A stretch of DNA of 60,411 bases, the filler included. It is 5 parts of 5 records of this genome, joined end to end, with 100 filler letters (N's around TTAATTAATTAA, not from the genome) between each part and the next. Parts side by side here need not be neighbours in the genome. Positions count along the whole stretch, not along the records: positions 13,257 to 40,140 come from DRR723986_1773; positions 40,241 to 49,436 come from DRR723986_1775; 3 more parts are not named here. One strand, written 5' to 3'. Within the stretch, counting starts at the first letter, position 1. Each line of letters starts with the position of its first letter. Under the pieces are notes generated by a model. The model did no database searches and was not told where the DNA came from. It was given only the letters and a program-made list of their open reading frames with translations. This document shows positions 32,945 through 43,440 of this stretch, piece by piece. The position numbers were made by a program, and so were the translations under genes.

Positions 32945-33676
32945 ATGCTCGACATTCGCAGTCTGGAAAAAAGCTTTGGCGCCAAGCGCGCCGTGCAGGG
33001 CGTATCCTTCACGCTTGAGAAGGGCACGGTGCTCGGCTTTCTGGGCCCCAATGGCGCGGGAAAGTCCACGACCATGCGCATGATCGCCGGCGTGCTCGAA
33101 CCGGATGCAGGCGACGCGCTGATCGACGGCAAGTCCATCGTCTCCCATCGCCGTCAGGCACAGGCCGCGCTTGGCTACCTGCCGGAAGGCGCGCCGCTGT
33201 ACGACGACATGACGCCGCCGGAATTCCTGAACTTCATGGCCGCTGCCCGCAAGATCGACCGGACGAAACGCAAGGATGCCGTAGAGCGCGCCATTGCCGA
33301 TGCGCGGATCACGACCGTCGCGGGCCAGCGCATTGGTTCGCTCTCCAAGGGCTACCGCCGCCGCGTGGGCCTTGCCGGGGCGATCCTGCACGACCCGCCC
33401 GTCCTCTTGCTGGACGAGCCAACCGATGGCCTCGACCCGAACCAGAAGCGCGCCGTGCGGGCCCTCATCGCCCGCATGGCGCCGACCAAGGCGATCCTGA
33501 TCTCGACCCATACGCTGACCGAAGTGCCTGCCATGTGCACGCGGGCCATCGTCATTGACCGGGGCCGTGTGGTCGCCGACGGCACACCGGCAGACTTGGC
33601 GAAGAAATCCGATGACGGATCGCTGGAAAGCGCCTTCATGCGCCTGACCGACCAGGCCGAGGCGAACGCACGATGA
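32945..33676 (+). CDS. ABC transporter ATP-binding protein (GldA-like)
   Basis: GPNGAGKST, LSKGYRRR and LLDEPTDGLDP motifs. Confidence 0.9.
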   Translation: MLDIRSLEKSFGAKRAVQGVSFTLEKGTVLGFLGPNGAGKSTTMRMIAGVLEPDAGDALIDGKSIVSHRRQAQAALGYLPEGAPLYDDMTPPEFLNFMAAARKIDRTKRKDAVERAIADARITTVAGQRIGSLSKGYRRRVGLAGAILHDPPVLLLDEPTDGLDPNQKRAVRALIARMAPTKAILISTHTLTEVPAMCTRAIVIDRGRVVADGTPADLAKKSDDGSLESAFMRLTDQAEANAR

Positions 33677-34431
33677 TGGAGTTCCTTCGCCAGCAGATGG
33701 GCGGCTTCGGCGCGACCTACCGGCGGGAGCTTGGCGCCTATTTCGCCACGCCCATGGCTTATGTCTTCCTTGCGGTGTTCCTGCTCGCCCTTGGCGTGTT
33801 CACATGGGAAGCGGGCGGCTTTTTCGATACCGGCACAGCCGACCTTGCAACTTTCTTCGTCTGGCACCCCTGGCTCTACATGATCTTCCTGCCGGCGCTC
33901 GCCATGCGCCTCTGGGCGGATGAACAGGGTGCGGGCACAGACGAACTCCTGCTGTCGCTGCCGCTCGGCATGCCGGGGCTTGTCCTCGGCAAGCTGTGCG
34001 CGGCCTGGACGGTAGCCGGTGTCGGCCTGCTGCTGACCTTCCCGATGTGGATTACCGTGAATTACCTTGGTGGGCCGGACAATACGGCCATCGCGCTGAC
34101 CTATCTGGTCAGCTTCCTGATGGCGGGCGCTTACCTTTCCATTGGCTCTGCCATTTCCGCCCTGACGGGCAGCCAGGTGACGGCCTTCGTCATCAGCGTC
34201 CTGATCGCCTTCGCCTTCACGGCCGCAGGCTGGCCACTGGTCCTGTCCACCGTGAAAGCCGTGTTCGGGACGAGCCTTGCCGACCTGGTCGCCCAGTTCT
34301 CGTTCCTGACGCAGTTCGAAGGTGCCCAGCGCGGCGTGCTGGAACTCCGCTCGGTCATGTTCTTCCTTGGCTTCACCGCCTTCTGGTCCATCCTCAATGG
34401 CCTCTGGGCTGCACGGCAGAGGCTCGGCTGA
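33673..34431 (+). CDS. ABC-2 type permease (GldF-like)
   Basis: REL..YF.TP.AYV, PALAMRLWADE...GT.ELL; six TM segments. Confidence 0.85.
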   Translation: MMEFLRQQMGGFGATYRRELGAYFATPMAYVFLAVFLLALGVFTWEAGGFFDTGTADLATFFVWHPWLYMIFLPALAMRLWADEQGAGTDELLLSLPLGMPGLVLGKLCAAWTVAGVGLLLTFPMWITVNYLGGPDNTAIALTYLVSFLMAGAYLSIGSAISALTGSQVTAFVISVLIAFAFTAAGWPLVLSTVKAVFGTSLADLVAQFSFLTQFEGAQRGVLELRSVMFFLGFTAFWSILNGLWAARQRLG

Positions 34432-34432
34432 G

Positions 34433-36331
34433 ATGAAGTCGAAGCACTACCTCCTGATCGCCACCGCGCTGGTCACTGTCATCTTCGTGGCCGGAAACCT
34501 GCTGGCGCAGAAAGTGCTGACCGGTGCGCAGATCGATTTCACTGAAAACCATCTCTACTCGCTGTCGAAGGCGACGCGGGAGAAGCTGTCGGACATTGCC
34601 GAGCCGGTGGACCTGACGCTCGTCTATTCGCGCAGCGTCGCGCAGGATTATCCCTCTGTCCGCGCCTATGCCGCCCGCGTGCGGGAATTGCTGAAAGCCT
34701 ATGAATCCCAGTCCGGCGGATATGTCCGCGTGCGGGAAATCGACCCGACCCCCTTCTCCCCTGCCGAGGACGAAGCGCTCGCGGCCGGCATCACCGCCAT
34801 CGACACGAATGGCGACGACCCGCTCTATTTCGGCATCATCGGGCACAACACGATCGACGACCAGCGCGTGATCCCGTTCCTGGCACCGGAACGAGAAGTG
34901 TCGCTGGAATATGACCTGACGCGCATGGTCTCCCGGCTGGACGATCCGGATCCGCCGCGAGTCGGCATTCTGACAACGCTGCCGGGCATGTCTGCACCCG
35001 GCGGACAGGGTGGCTATACGCTGCTGGCGGATATCGACCGGTCCTTCGAGATCGTTCCGATTTCGGACCAGTTCCAGTCCCTGCCTGCCGATCTCGACGT
35101 ACTGCTCGTGGCGCATCCGCCGCCCCTATCGGACCGTCAGGAATGGCTGATCGACCAGTTCGTGCTACGCAAGGGCCGGGCGGTCTTCCTCGTCGATCCG
35201 GCGGCGAAGACCGCTGTCGGACCGGGCCTGTTCGATCTGTCGGACGCCGAAGCACGCTCCGATCTCGGCAAGCTCGGCGAATCCTGGGGCATCACCCTGT
35301 CGCATGATGCGGTGGCCGATGCGGCCGGGGCGCTGCCTGTGCCGGTCGATACCGGCGACGGACGGATCGAGGAACAGGCCCATCCCCTGTTTATTGGCGC
35401 GCCAGCCGGCGACATGAATCAGGATGATCTGATCACGGCAGACCTGACCCGCGTGGTGAACTTCGGCGCGCCCGGCGCACTGGTCGTCTCCGAATTGCCG
35501 TCCACCATGACCTTCTCTCCGCTGATCGAGACAGGCCCGAGCCCCTCTTACATCGACGCCGAAAAAGCCGTGCGCGATATCACCCCGTCGGACACGCTGA
35601 AATCCTATCAGACGCAGCCCGGCCCGCTGGTGCTGGCCGCGCGGCTTTCCGGACAGCTGGCAACGGCTTTCCCGGCCGGTGCTCCGGCAATGGACGAGCC
35701 GTCCGACCCCGTTATGGCGGAACTTGCCCGCGCCGATGCCGCCAATGCGCCGCCCCATATCTCCGCCAGCGAAACAGACGCCGAACTCGTCTTCATCGCC
35801 GACGTCGATTTCATCGCGGACGATTTCTACATCGTGCCGGGCCGCGACATCGTTGTGGCGGACAATGGCGCGCTGGTGCTGAACGCGCTGGATGCGCTGG
35901 CCGGCGGCGGAGAACTTTCGCGGCTTCGGTCCCGCGCGCCCAGCCTGAGACCCATGAAACGGATCGACGACATGCGCGCCACGGCCGAGGCCAAGTATTT
36001 CCGCCAGCAGGCCGAACTGGAAGCCAGCCTGAACGAAGCACAGGGGCGGCTGGAAGAGCTCCAGGCCATCGGCTCCACCGACGGCTTCTTCGAAGGCGAC
36101 GACTCCGCTGACCTGACCGTCGACGAACGCACCGAACTCGCCCAGCTGCGTGAGCGGATCGTGTCCCTGCGCGGGGAACTCCGCACCATCGAACGCGACT
36201 ACCGGCGCGATATCGACCGGATGGAAGCCACGCTGAAGGCGATCAACATCTGGGGCGGGCCGATCCTGATCGCGCTGGCTGGCCTGCTTGTCTGGCGCCG
36301 CCAGCAAGTGCGCGCGCGGAGGGAGTCATGA
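34433..36331 (+). CDS. GldG-family ABC auxiliary membrane protein
   Basis: DFTEN.LYSLS..T, LEYDLT and IDQFVL.GG-like motifs; N- and C-terminal TM; long coiled coil. Confidence 0.85.
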   Translation: MKSKHYLLIATALVTVIFVAGNLLAQKVLTGAQIDFTENHLYSLSKATREKLSDIAEPVDLTLVYSRSVAQDYPSVRAYAARVRELLKAYESQSGGYVRVREIDPTPFSPAEDEALAAGITAIDTNGDDPLYFGIIGHNTIDDQRVIPFLAPEREVSLEYDLTRMVSRLDDPDPPRVGILTTLPGMSAPGGQGGYTLLADIDRSFEIVPISDQFQSLPADLDVLLVAHPPPLSDRQEWLIDQFVLRKGRAVFLVDPAAKTAVGPGLFDLSDAEARSDLGKLGESWGITLSHDAVADAAGALPVPVDTGDGRIEEQAHPLFIGAPAGDMNQDDLITADLTRVVNFGAPGALVVSELPSTMTFSPLIETGPSPSYIDAEKAVRDITPSDTLKSYQTQPGPLVLAARLSGQLATAFPAGAPAMDEPSDPVMAELARADAANAPPHISASETDAELVFIADVDFIADDFYIVPGRDIVVADNGALVLNALDALAGGGELSRLRSRAPSLRPMKRIDDMRATAEAKYFRQQAELEASLNEAQGRLEELQAIGSTDGFFEGDDSADLTVDERTELAQLRERIVSLRGELRTIERDYRRDIDRMEATLKAINIWGGPILIALAGLLVWRRQQVRARRES

Positions 36332-37380
36332 CCGAACTCCGCCAGCGACAGCGCCGCAAGCGCCTACAGATCCTTGGCGCAGCCGCCGCCGTGCTGACAC
36401 TTCTGGCCGTGCTCGTGAACCTCGATTTCAAGGGCGGGCCTGCCCAGACCGGGCGGACCGGACAGCCGGTCTTGCCGGACTTTGCCGAAATCCGCGCCGA
36501 AGCCGCAGAGATCCGCGTGACGCTGGCCGACGAATCCTACCGCCTGCTGAACAGTGTCGATGGCTGGACGCTGGAAGGCACGCATGGCTATCCCGTCCGC
36601 GCCGACCGGCTGGCGGACCTTGCCACCGGCCTTGGCGAACTGACCTGGGGCGAAGCACGCACGCGCGACCCGGGCAAGCTGAACCGGGTTGGCCTCGGCG
36701 ATCCGCGCGAAGGCGGCACCGGTGCCCTGATCGAGCTGGCAAACAGCGAAGGCGAGGTCACCGCCGCCATCATCACCGGCCGCAAGGGCGAGCATCTCTA
36801 TGCCCGACGGCCGGACGAAATGCAGGCCTATCAGGTCAGCGGCGACCTGCCGCCGCTCTACAATGCAGATGCCTGGCTGGACCTCGACATCCTCGACATC
36901 AGCCCGGATGCCGTCTCGGCCGTCCGCCTGTTCGACCGGTATGGCGAAAGCCTTTACCTGCAGCGCGCCGTGGGCACGAGCGAGCGCAGTTTCCGTCCGG
37001 GACCGCCTTATCAGGATTTCCGGCTGATCAGCCGGCTCGCCGCCTCCACGCCGGCACTGGCGCTCAACCGCTTCCAGGCGATCGGGGTGAAGCCTGCCGC
37101 GGACCTCACGACTAAATCCGTGGGCCGCCACATCACCGAAACGCATGACGGGCTGGAAGTGGAAGTCGAGGCCTATCGTGAACCGGACGGCTTCTTCGTC
37201 ACACTCCGGGCGGTCGAGGCGGGCGAAGGCGCGCATCGTGGCAGCACGATCAACGACAAGGCGACCGGCTGGGCGTTCGAATTGTCCGAATACGACTGGA
37301 ACGATTTCACGCCTCTGGTGAGCTCAATCGTCCGCCCGCCGGAAATTGCCGTGCCGGACACGCCAGCGGAGACACAGTAG
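36328..37380 (+). CDS. DUF4340 domain-containing protein
   Basis: N-terminal TM anchor, W......YP motif; fourth gene of the GldAFG-like operon (ATGA overlap). Confidence 0.7.
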   Translation: MTELRQRQRRKRLQILGAAAAVLTLLAVLVNLDFKGGPAQTGRTGQPVLPDFAEIRAEAAEIRVTLADESYRLLNSVDGWTLEGTHGYPVRADRLADLATGLGELTWGEARTRDPGKLNRVGLGDPREGGTGALIELANSEGEVTAAIITGRKGEHLYARRPDEMQAYQVSGDLPPLYNADAWLDLDILDISPDAVSAVRLFDRYGESLYLQRAVGTSERSFRPGPPYQDFRLISRLAASTPALALNRFQAIGVKPAADLTTKSVGRHITETHDGLEVEVEAYREPDGFFVTLRAVEAGEGAHRGSTINDKATGWAFELSEYDWNDFTPLVSSIVRPPEIAVPDTPAETQ

Positions 37381-37382
37381 GC

Positions 37383-38045
37383 CTATTGCTCCGGCGGCAG
37401 GGCCAGCGGCATCGTGGCCAACACCGGGCCGAAGCCGGCTTCCTGCACAATCACAGCGCAATGCGAGGCGCAGGCCGGCAGCGTGATCTGCGTGCGGCCA
37501 CCGAGCCAGGGACCAAGCGCAGTGACCTGCGTCACCGGATGAACCATGTCGGTCGTATTGTCGGCACCATCCAGATAATCGACATACCAGATGTCGGTCA
37601 GCCCATTGGCCTTGCCGCTCAGCTCTACCCCATCGCCCTTGCGGACGAGTTTCACGCCTTCCGGTGTTTCCTTGCGGGCCTTGGAAATGGCCGCGTCCAC
37701 CTTGGTAGGCTTGTTGCCGGGGCATTGCTCAACGCCATTATAGACGGTTTGGGGCGTGTAAGGCCCGCGCAGTCTGAACCGGTCGACATAGGCGCGCTGG
37801 CGTTCCTTGGACTCGCCCATGGCCATCGGGTCCTTGCCGCCGAGATAGTCCCAATAGTCCACCGACCAGGTCAGGATCAGGACATCGTCGCGCGCCGCAT
37901 CGACCTCTTTCAAGGTCGCATGCGCTTTCGGACAGGCCCGGCAATTCTGGGACGCGAACAGTTCAATCAGGGTCGGTGACTCCGCCATGGCAGCGGGGGC
38001 GGCGACCGGAGACAGGACGAAAAGGGCTGCGAGCAGGCGTTTCAT
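37383..38045 (-). CDS. DUF1223 thioredoxin-like exported protein
   Basis: ELF.SQ.CxxCP, VDYWDYLG.KD and YTPQ motifs; signal peptide. Confidence 0.85.
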   Translation of the reverse strand: MKRLLAALFVLSPVAAPAAMAESPTLIELFASQNCRACPKAHATLKEVDAARDDVLILTWSVDYWDYLGGKDPMAMGESKERQRAYVDRFRLRGPYTPQTVYNGVEQCPGNKPTKVDAAISKARKETPEGVKLVRKGDGVELSGKANGLTDIWYVDYLDGADNTTDMVHPVTQVTALGPWLGGRTQITLPACASHCAVIVQEAGFGPVLATMPLALPPEQ

Positions 38046-38106
38046 GACGGTTTCTGTATAGATCACCCTTGCGCTGACAACACAATCACACCGGTGTGAG
38101 GGCTGC

Positions 38107-38140
38107 AAAAAACCCCGCAGCGTCTGCTGCGGGGGGTTTT
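38107..38140. terminator. Bidirectional-type intrinsic terminator after acnA
   Basis: AAAAAA-CCCCGCAGC-GTCT-GCTGCGGGG-GG-TTTT. Confidence 0.75.
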
Positions 38141-38165
38141 GACTGTTAGGTTCCGGTCAGCAGCC

Positions 38166-40140
38166 TCAGGCAGCGCCGCGGGCCAGGTTGCGCAGCACAT
38201 AGTGCAGGATGCCGCCATTGCGGTAATAGTCCAGCTCGTTCTCGGTATCGATGCGGACCACCGTGTTGGCGGTAAAGGTCGTGCCGTCTTCACGGGTGAT
38301 TTTCACTTCCAGCGACTGGCGCGGCTTGATGTCGTTGATGCCTTCAATGGTCACCTGCTCCTTGCCGGTCAGGCCGAGGGCCTTGGCGCTTTCGCCTTCC
38401 GCAAACTCCAGCGGCAGGACGCCCATGCCGATGAGGTTTGAGCGGTGGATCCGCTCGAAGCTGCCAGCGATCACGGCGCGGACTCCGAGCAGGACGGTGC
38501 CTTTGGCAGCCCAGTCACGCGAGGAGCCATTGCCGTAGAGGTCGCCGGCGAAGATCACCAGCGGCGTGCCTTCGGCTTCGTACTTCATGGCGGCATCATA
38601 GATCGCCATCTGTTCGCCGTCCGGATAGTGGACCGTCACGCCGCCTTCGACGCCCGGCACCATCTGGTTCTTGATACGGATGTTGGCAAAAGTGCCGCGC
38701 ATCATGACTTCATGGTTGCCACGGCGCGAGCCGTAGGAGTTGAAGTCCAGCGGGGAGACCTGATGTTCCTGCAGGTAGATGCCTGCCGGGCTGGAGGCCT
38801 TGATCGAACCGGCCGGGGAAATGTGGTCGGTCGTGATCGAGTCGCCGAAGACGGCGAGGACGCGGGCGTCCTTCACGTCCGCCGGGGCGTCCACATCAAG
38901 GGTCATGCCTTCGAAGTAAGGCGGGTTCTGGACATAGGTCGAGGCAGGCGGCCAGCTATAGGTCTGTCCGCCGGAGACTTCGATTCCCTGCCAGTGTTCG
39001 TCGCCCTTGAAGACGTCGGAATAACGCTCGGCGAACATTTCCGGGGTCACGGCCTTCGCCATGATCTCGGCAATCTCGTGCGAGGTCGGCCAGATGTCTT
39101 TCAGGTAGACGTCATTGCCGTTCTTGTCCTGGCCGATCGGATCCTTGGTCAGGTTTTTGCGCAGCGTACCGGCGATGGCATAGGCGACAACCAGCGGCGG
39201 CGAGGCGAGATAGTTCGCCTTAATATCCGGGCCGATCCGGCCTTCGAAGTTCCGGTTACCCGAGAGCACCGAGCAGGATACGAGGTCGCCATCGGCAATG
39301 GCCTTGGCGAGATGCGGGTCCAGCGGGCCGGAGTTACCGATACAGGTGGTACAGCCATAGCCGACAAGGTTGAAGCCGAGGGCATCGAGATCGTCCTGAA
39401 GGCCAGCTTTTTCGAGATAGTCGGTCACGACCTGCGATCCGGGCGCCAGCGAGGTCTTCACCCACGGCTTGCGGGTCAGGCCCAGCTCGTTCGCTTTCTT
39501 GGCCACGAGGCCGGCAGCGATCAGCACGGAAGGGTTTGACGTGTTCGTACAGGACGTAATGGCGGCGATGAACACGTCACCATGGGTGACCGTGTAGTCT
39601 TCGCCTTCCACGGCAATCGGCTCGGCCGCGTCGGAGGCCTTGCCGAATTCTTTCGACATGGCTTCGGCAAAGGCGATGTCGCCTTCGGAGAGGAGCACGC
39701 GGTCCTGCGGGCGTTTCGGGCCGGAGATCGACGGCACAACGGCGCTGAGGTCCAGTTCCAGCGTATCGGTGAAGACCGGCTCGGCCTGCTCCGGACGCCA
39801 GTAGCCCTGGGCCTTGGCGTAAGCTTCGACGAGGGCCACGCGGTCTGCGTCACGGCCGGTATTGGTGAGGTATTTGATCGTGTCATGATCAACCGGGAAG
39901 AAGCCGCAGGTCGCGCCGTATTCCGGGGCCATGTTGGAGATCGTTGCCTGGTCTTCGAGGGTCAGGTTCGAAAGGCCCGGGCCGTAGAATTCGACGAACT
40001 TGCCGACAACGCCCTTCTGGCGGAGCATCTGCACGACCGTCAGCACGAGGTCGGTTGCCGTCGCACCTTCGGCCATCTTGCCGTCGAGACGGAAGCCGAT
40101 GACTTCCGGGATCAGCATGGAGACCGGCTGGCCGAGCATG
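38166..40140 (-). CDS. acnA: Aconitate hydratase A (partial, 5' end missing)
   Basis: [32 protein letters not shown] and [10 protein letters not shown] motifs. Confidence 0.97.
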
Positions 40141-40240
40141 NNNNNNNNNNNNNNNNNNNNNNNNNNNNNNNNNNNNNNNNNNNNTTAATTAATTAANNNN
40201 NNNNNNNNNNNNNNNNNNNNNNNNNNNNNNNNNNNNNNNN
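40141..40240. other. Artificial contig spacer
   Basis: N44-TTAATTAATTAA-N44. Confidence 0.98.
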
Positions 40241-41858
40241 GGGCAAGCAGATGGCGATCGATGCGGATCTGTCCGCAGGCCTCATCGACGAAGCCGAAGC
40301 CAAGTCTCGCCGCAAGGCTCTCGAGGACGAAAGCGCCTTCTTCGGGGCCATGGACGGTGCGTCCAAATTCGTACGCGGCGACGCCATTGCCGGCCTTCTG
40401 ATCACCTTCATCAACATTCTCGGCGGCATCTTCATCGGTGTTGCACAGATGGAGCTGACCTTTACCGAGGCCGCCAACAACTACACGCTGCTGACCATCG
40501 GCGATGGCCTTGTCTCCCAGATTCCGGCACTGATCGTTTCCACGGCAGCCGGCCTTCTTGTTTCCAAGGCAGGTGTGCATGGGGCTGCCGACAAGGCGCT
40601 GACCAGCCAGTTCACCGGCTATCCGAAGGCACTCGGCATGTCGGCCGCGGTTATGGTGATCCTGGCGCTGCTTCCGGGCATGCCCATGGTCCCGTTCTTC
40701 GGTCTTGCAGGTCTTGCCGGTTACCTGGCCTTTTCCGTCGGGTCGAAGAAGAAGAAGGCCGCGGCAAAGGCCGAGATGGTCAAGGCCGTGGAAGCTGCGC
40801 CGAAGCCGCCGCCAGAGCCGCCGATTACCGATGCCCTGAAGATGGACGAACTGCGGATCGAGCTCGGCTATGCCCTGTTGCCGCTGATCAATGGCAAGGC
40901 AACGGGCGACAACGATGTTCTGACCGAGCAGATCAAGGCATTGCGCCGCCAGATCGCGGGCGACATGGGCGTGATAATGCCGCCGGTGCGCATCCTCGAC
41001 AACATTCAGCTTGGCGCGAACGATTACGTCATCAAGGTGAAGGAAGTCGAAGCCGGCCGCGGCGTGCTTTACCCGAACCACTTCATGGTCATGGATCCCG
41101 CAGGTGGGCAGGTCAAGCTGCCGGGCACGCACACCACGGAACCGACGTTCGGCTTGCCGGCAACCTGGGTGGAGGCCCAGTACCGCGAGGATGCTTCCCT
41201 GCGCGGCTACACCGTGGTGGATCCGGCAACCGTTCTGTCCACGCATCTGACCGAGACGATCAAGGCCAACATCAGTGAACTCCTGACCTATGGCGACGTG
41301 CAGAAGCTGCTCAAGGAGCTGAAGGGCGAGCAGGCCAAGCTGGTCGAGGACCTGATCCCGTCGCAGATCACCGTGTCCGGTGTCCAGCGTGTGCTGCAAA
41401 CCCTCCTGGGCGAGCGGATTTCGGTTCGCGATCTCGGAACCATTCTGGAAGGGGTGTCCGAAGCAACCGGCATGACCCGCAACACGGACACCATTGCCGA
41501 GCACGTGCGCACCCGTCTTGGCAGGCAGATCTGCGCCGCCAATCTGGCGCCCGGCGGCTATCTGCCGCTCATCGCGCTGTCGCCGCAATGGGAGCAGGCT
41601 TTCCTGGAATCCATCATCGGCGAGGGTGATGACCGCCAGCTAGCAATGCAACCCAGCAAGCTGCAGGAATTCGTCGGCAGGGTCCGCGATGCGTTTGAGC
41701 AGGCTGCGCAGCAGGGCGAGGTTCCCGTGTTGCTGACATCCCCGCAGACCAGGCCGTTCGTTCGCTCCATCGTCGAGCGTTTCCGCGCCCATACGACGAT
41801 CATGAGCCAGGCGGAAGTTCACCCGCGGATCAAGCTCAAGACAATCGGTTCGATCTGA
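40241..41858 (+). CDS. flhA: Flagellar export apparatus protein FlhA (partial, 5' end missing)
   Basis: GKQMAIDADL, FFGAMDGASKFVRGDAIAG, IGDGLVSQIP and EPTFGLPA.W motifs. Confidence 0.96.
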
Positions 41859-41870
41859 GGCGGGGCAATC

Positions 41871-41910
41871 ATCAGCGCGTTCAACAAAGCTCTGTTGAAC
41901 GCCCGCTGAT
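41871..41910. terminator. Hairpin between convergent flhA and the small paralogue
   Basis: ATCAGC-GCGTTCAACA-aagctc-TGTTGAACGC-cc-GCTGAT. Confidence 0.55.
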
Positions 41911-41925
41911 GTCATGCCCGTTGTG

Positions 41926-42201
41926 CTAGACGACCACGTTAATCCTGGCCATGGCGGCGGTCTGACTGGCGTATGTGCCCAGCCGGCCCTGGTTCTGCAG
42001 GACAAACAGCGAATTGGCCTGAGAGGCCTGCGTGTTGATCGATTGCATCACGTAAGCGAGGTTGTTCAGCTGGTCGATACGCTTTGCGGCTGTCTGGCGC
42101 CGCTTTGTCCAGGCCTTGTTGTAGTCGGCCAGGGACACCTTGCGACTGGAGCTGAAACGTTTGGAATAATCTCGTTGGAAGTAGTTGCCGACCTTAGCCA
42201 T
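41926..42201 (-). CDS. Hypothetical 91-aa basic Q/N-rich protein, copy 1
   Basis: AAAAGG SD; 60/91 identical without gaps to the adjacent copy 2, with many synonymous codon differences. Confidence 0.85.
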   Translation of the reverse strand: MAKVGNYFQRDYSKRFSSSRKVSLADYNKAWTKRRQTAAKRIDQLNNLAYVMQSINTQASQANSLFVLQNQGRLGTYASQTAAMARINVVV

Positions 42202-42247
42202 GCGATTGCCTTTTCAAAAGACTGAAACAGCATAGCTCCCGAAGGAA

Positions 42248-42262
42248 TGAACAAGCTCTTAA
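42248..42262 (-). promoter_or_regulatory. CtrA-like box (one mismatch) upstream of copy 1
   Basis: - strand TTAA-GAGCTTG-TTCA; same spacer and position as the box of copy 2. Confidence 0.6.
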
Positions 42263-42350
42263 CGCGCGTTTCTGCAGAAAACGCTACGTAACTTTTTTCG
42301 AGAAAATATCATCTTCCCGGGCCTTTGCCCGGCGGTTTATCCGGGAAAAT

Positions 42351-42626
42351 CTAGACGAGCACGTTGATGCGGGCCATCGCGGCGGTCTGGTTCGCATAAC
42401 CACCCAGCCGGCCTTGGTTCTGCATGACAAACAACGTGTTCGTCTGAGCTGCCTGCGTATTGATGGTCGCGAAGGTGGATGCCAGGTTCCGAAGCTGCTG
42501 CATTTTCTGCGACGATGCCTGACGGCGCCCGTTCCAGGCCTTGTTGTAGTCAGACCAAGTCGACTTCCGCTTCGTGCTGAAAGTTTTGTGGTAGTCCCGC
42601 TGGACGTAGTTTCCGACCTTTGCCAT
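42351..42626 (-). CDS. Hypothetical 91-aa basic Q/N-rich protein, copy 2
   Basis: AAGGAG SD; paralogue of 41926-42201. Confidence 0.85.
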   Translation of the reverse strand: MAKVGNYVQRDYHKTFSTKRKSTWSDYNKAWNGRRQASSQKMQQLRNLASTFATINTQAAQTNTLFVMQNQGRLGGYANQTAAMARINVLV

Positions 42627-42670
42627 GGCAGCTCCTTCCTGGAGATCTGAACAGACTGTGTGCGAAGATG

Positions 42671-42686
42671 GTTAACAAGCCCTTAA
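42671..42686 (-). promoter_or_regulatory. Consensus CtrA box
   Basis: - strand TTAA-GGGCTTG-TTAAC, an exact TTAA-N7-TTAAC match. Confidence 0.75.
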
Positions 42687-42770
42687 ATCAGCGCAATGTG
42701 CACAGGGCGGCTTGGCGACAAGCGTTCCAGCTGTTAAGCCCGGAAAAACACGCGAGATTCTGGAGTTTTC

Positions 42771-43382
42771 ATGTCGACGCAAGCGCTTAACCTCGATGGC
42801 TACACGGATATTCCGGAGGGCAAGGTTGCCTTCGTGGTCACGTTCCTGGAAATGCTTCAGGCGCCTGAGCAGCCTCTTGCGCCATCACGCAGCGACGTGA
42901 CATTGCAGCGGTGGCAGACGCCGGATCTCGACAGCTATCGCAAGCTTTTCCGGGAGGTTGGTGAAGACTGGATCTGGTTCGGCCGGCTGGTTCATGACGA
43001 CAAGACGCTGGAACAGTTGCTCGCCGAGCCTGCCCGCGAGAACTACCTGCCGATCATCGATGGCAAGCCGGTCGGTACGCTGGAGCTGGATTTTGCCAAC
43101 CCGGAAGAGCCCGAACTTTCCTATTTCGGCCTGGTCCCCGGTGCGATCGGTGGCGGGCTCGGCCGCTGGCTGATGGCCCAGGCGCTGGACATCGTCTGGT
43201 CACGCCCGGAAACGAAACGGCTCTGGGTGCATACCTGCACCGGCGACAGCCCGCAGGCGCTGATCTTTTACCAGACCTGCGGTTTCAAACCCTACAAGCG
43301 CGCTATCGAAGTTGCCGAAGACCCGCGTCTGCAAGGACTTCTCGGCCGCAAGCGCGCCCCGCATGTGCCCGTGATCGAGTGA
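42771..43382 (+). CDS. GNAT family N-acetyltransferase
   Basis: YFGLVP..IG.GLG and WVHTCT.D.P.AL.FY...GF motifs. Confidence 0.88.
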   Translation: MSTQALNLDGYTDIPEGKVAFVVTFLEMLQAPEQPLAPSRSDVTLQRWQTPDLDSYRKLFREVGEDWIWFGRLVHDDKTLEQLLAEPARENYLPIIDGKPVGTLELDFANPEEPELSYFGLVPGAIGGGLGRWLMAQALDIVWSRPETKRLWVHTCTGDSPQALIFYQTCGFKPYKRAIEVAEDPRLQGLLGRKRAPHVPVIE

Positions 43383-43440
43383 GGACGCACTTCAGCGCGA
43401 TCTCGAAGGAATGGGGCTGCCCGCTCGCAAGCACACCCGT

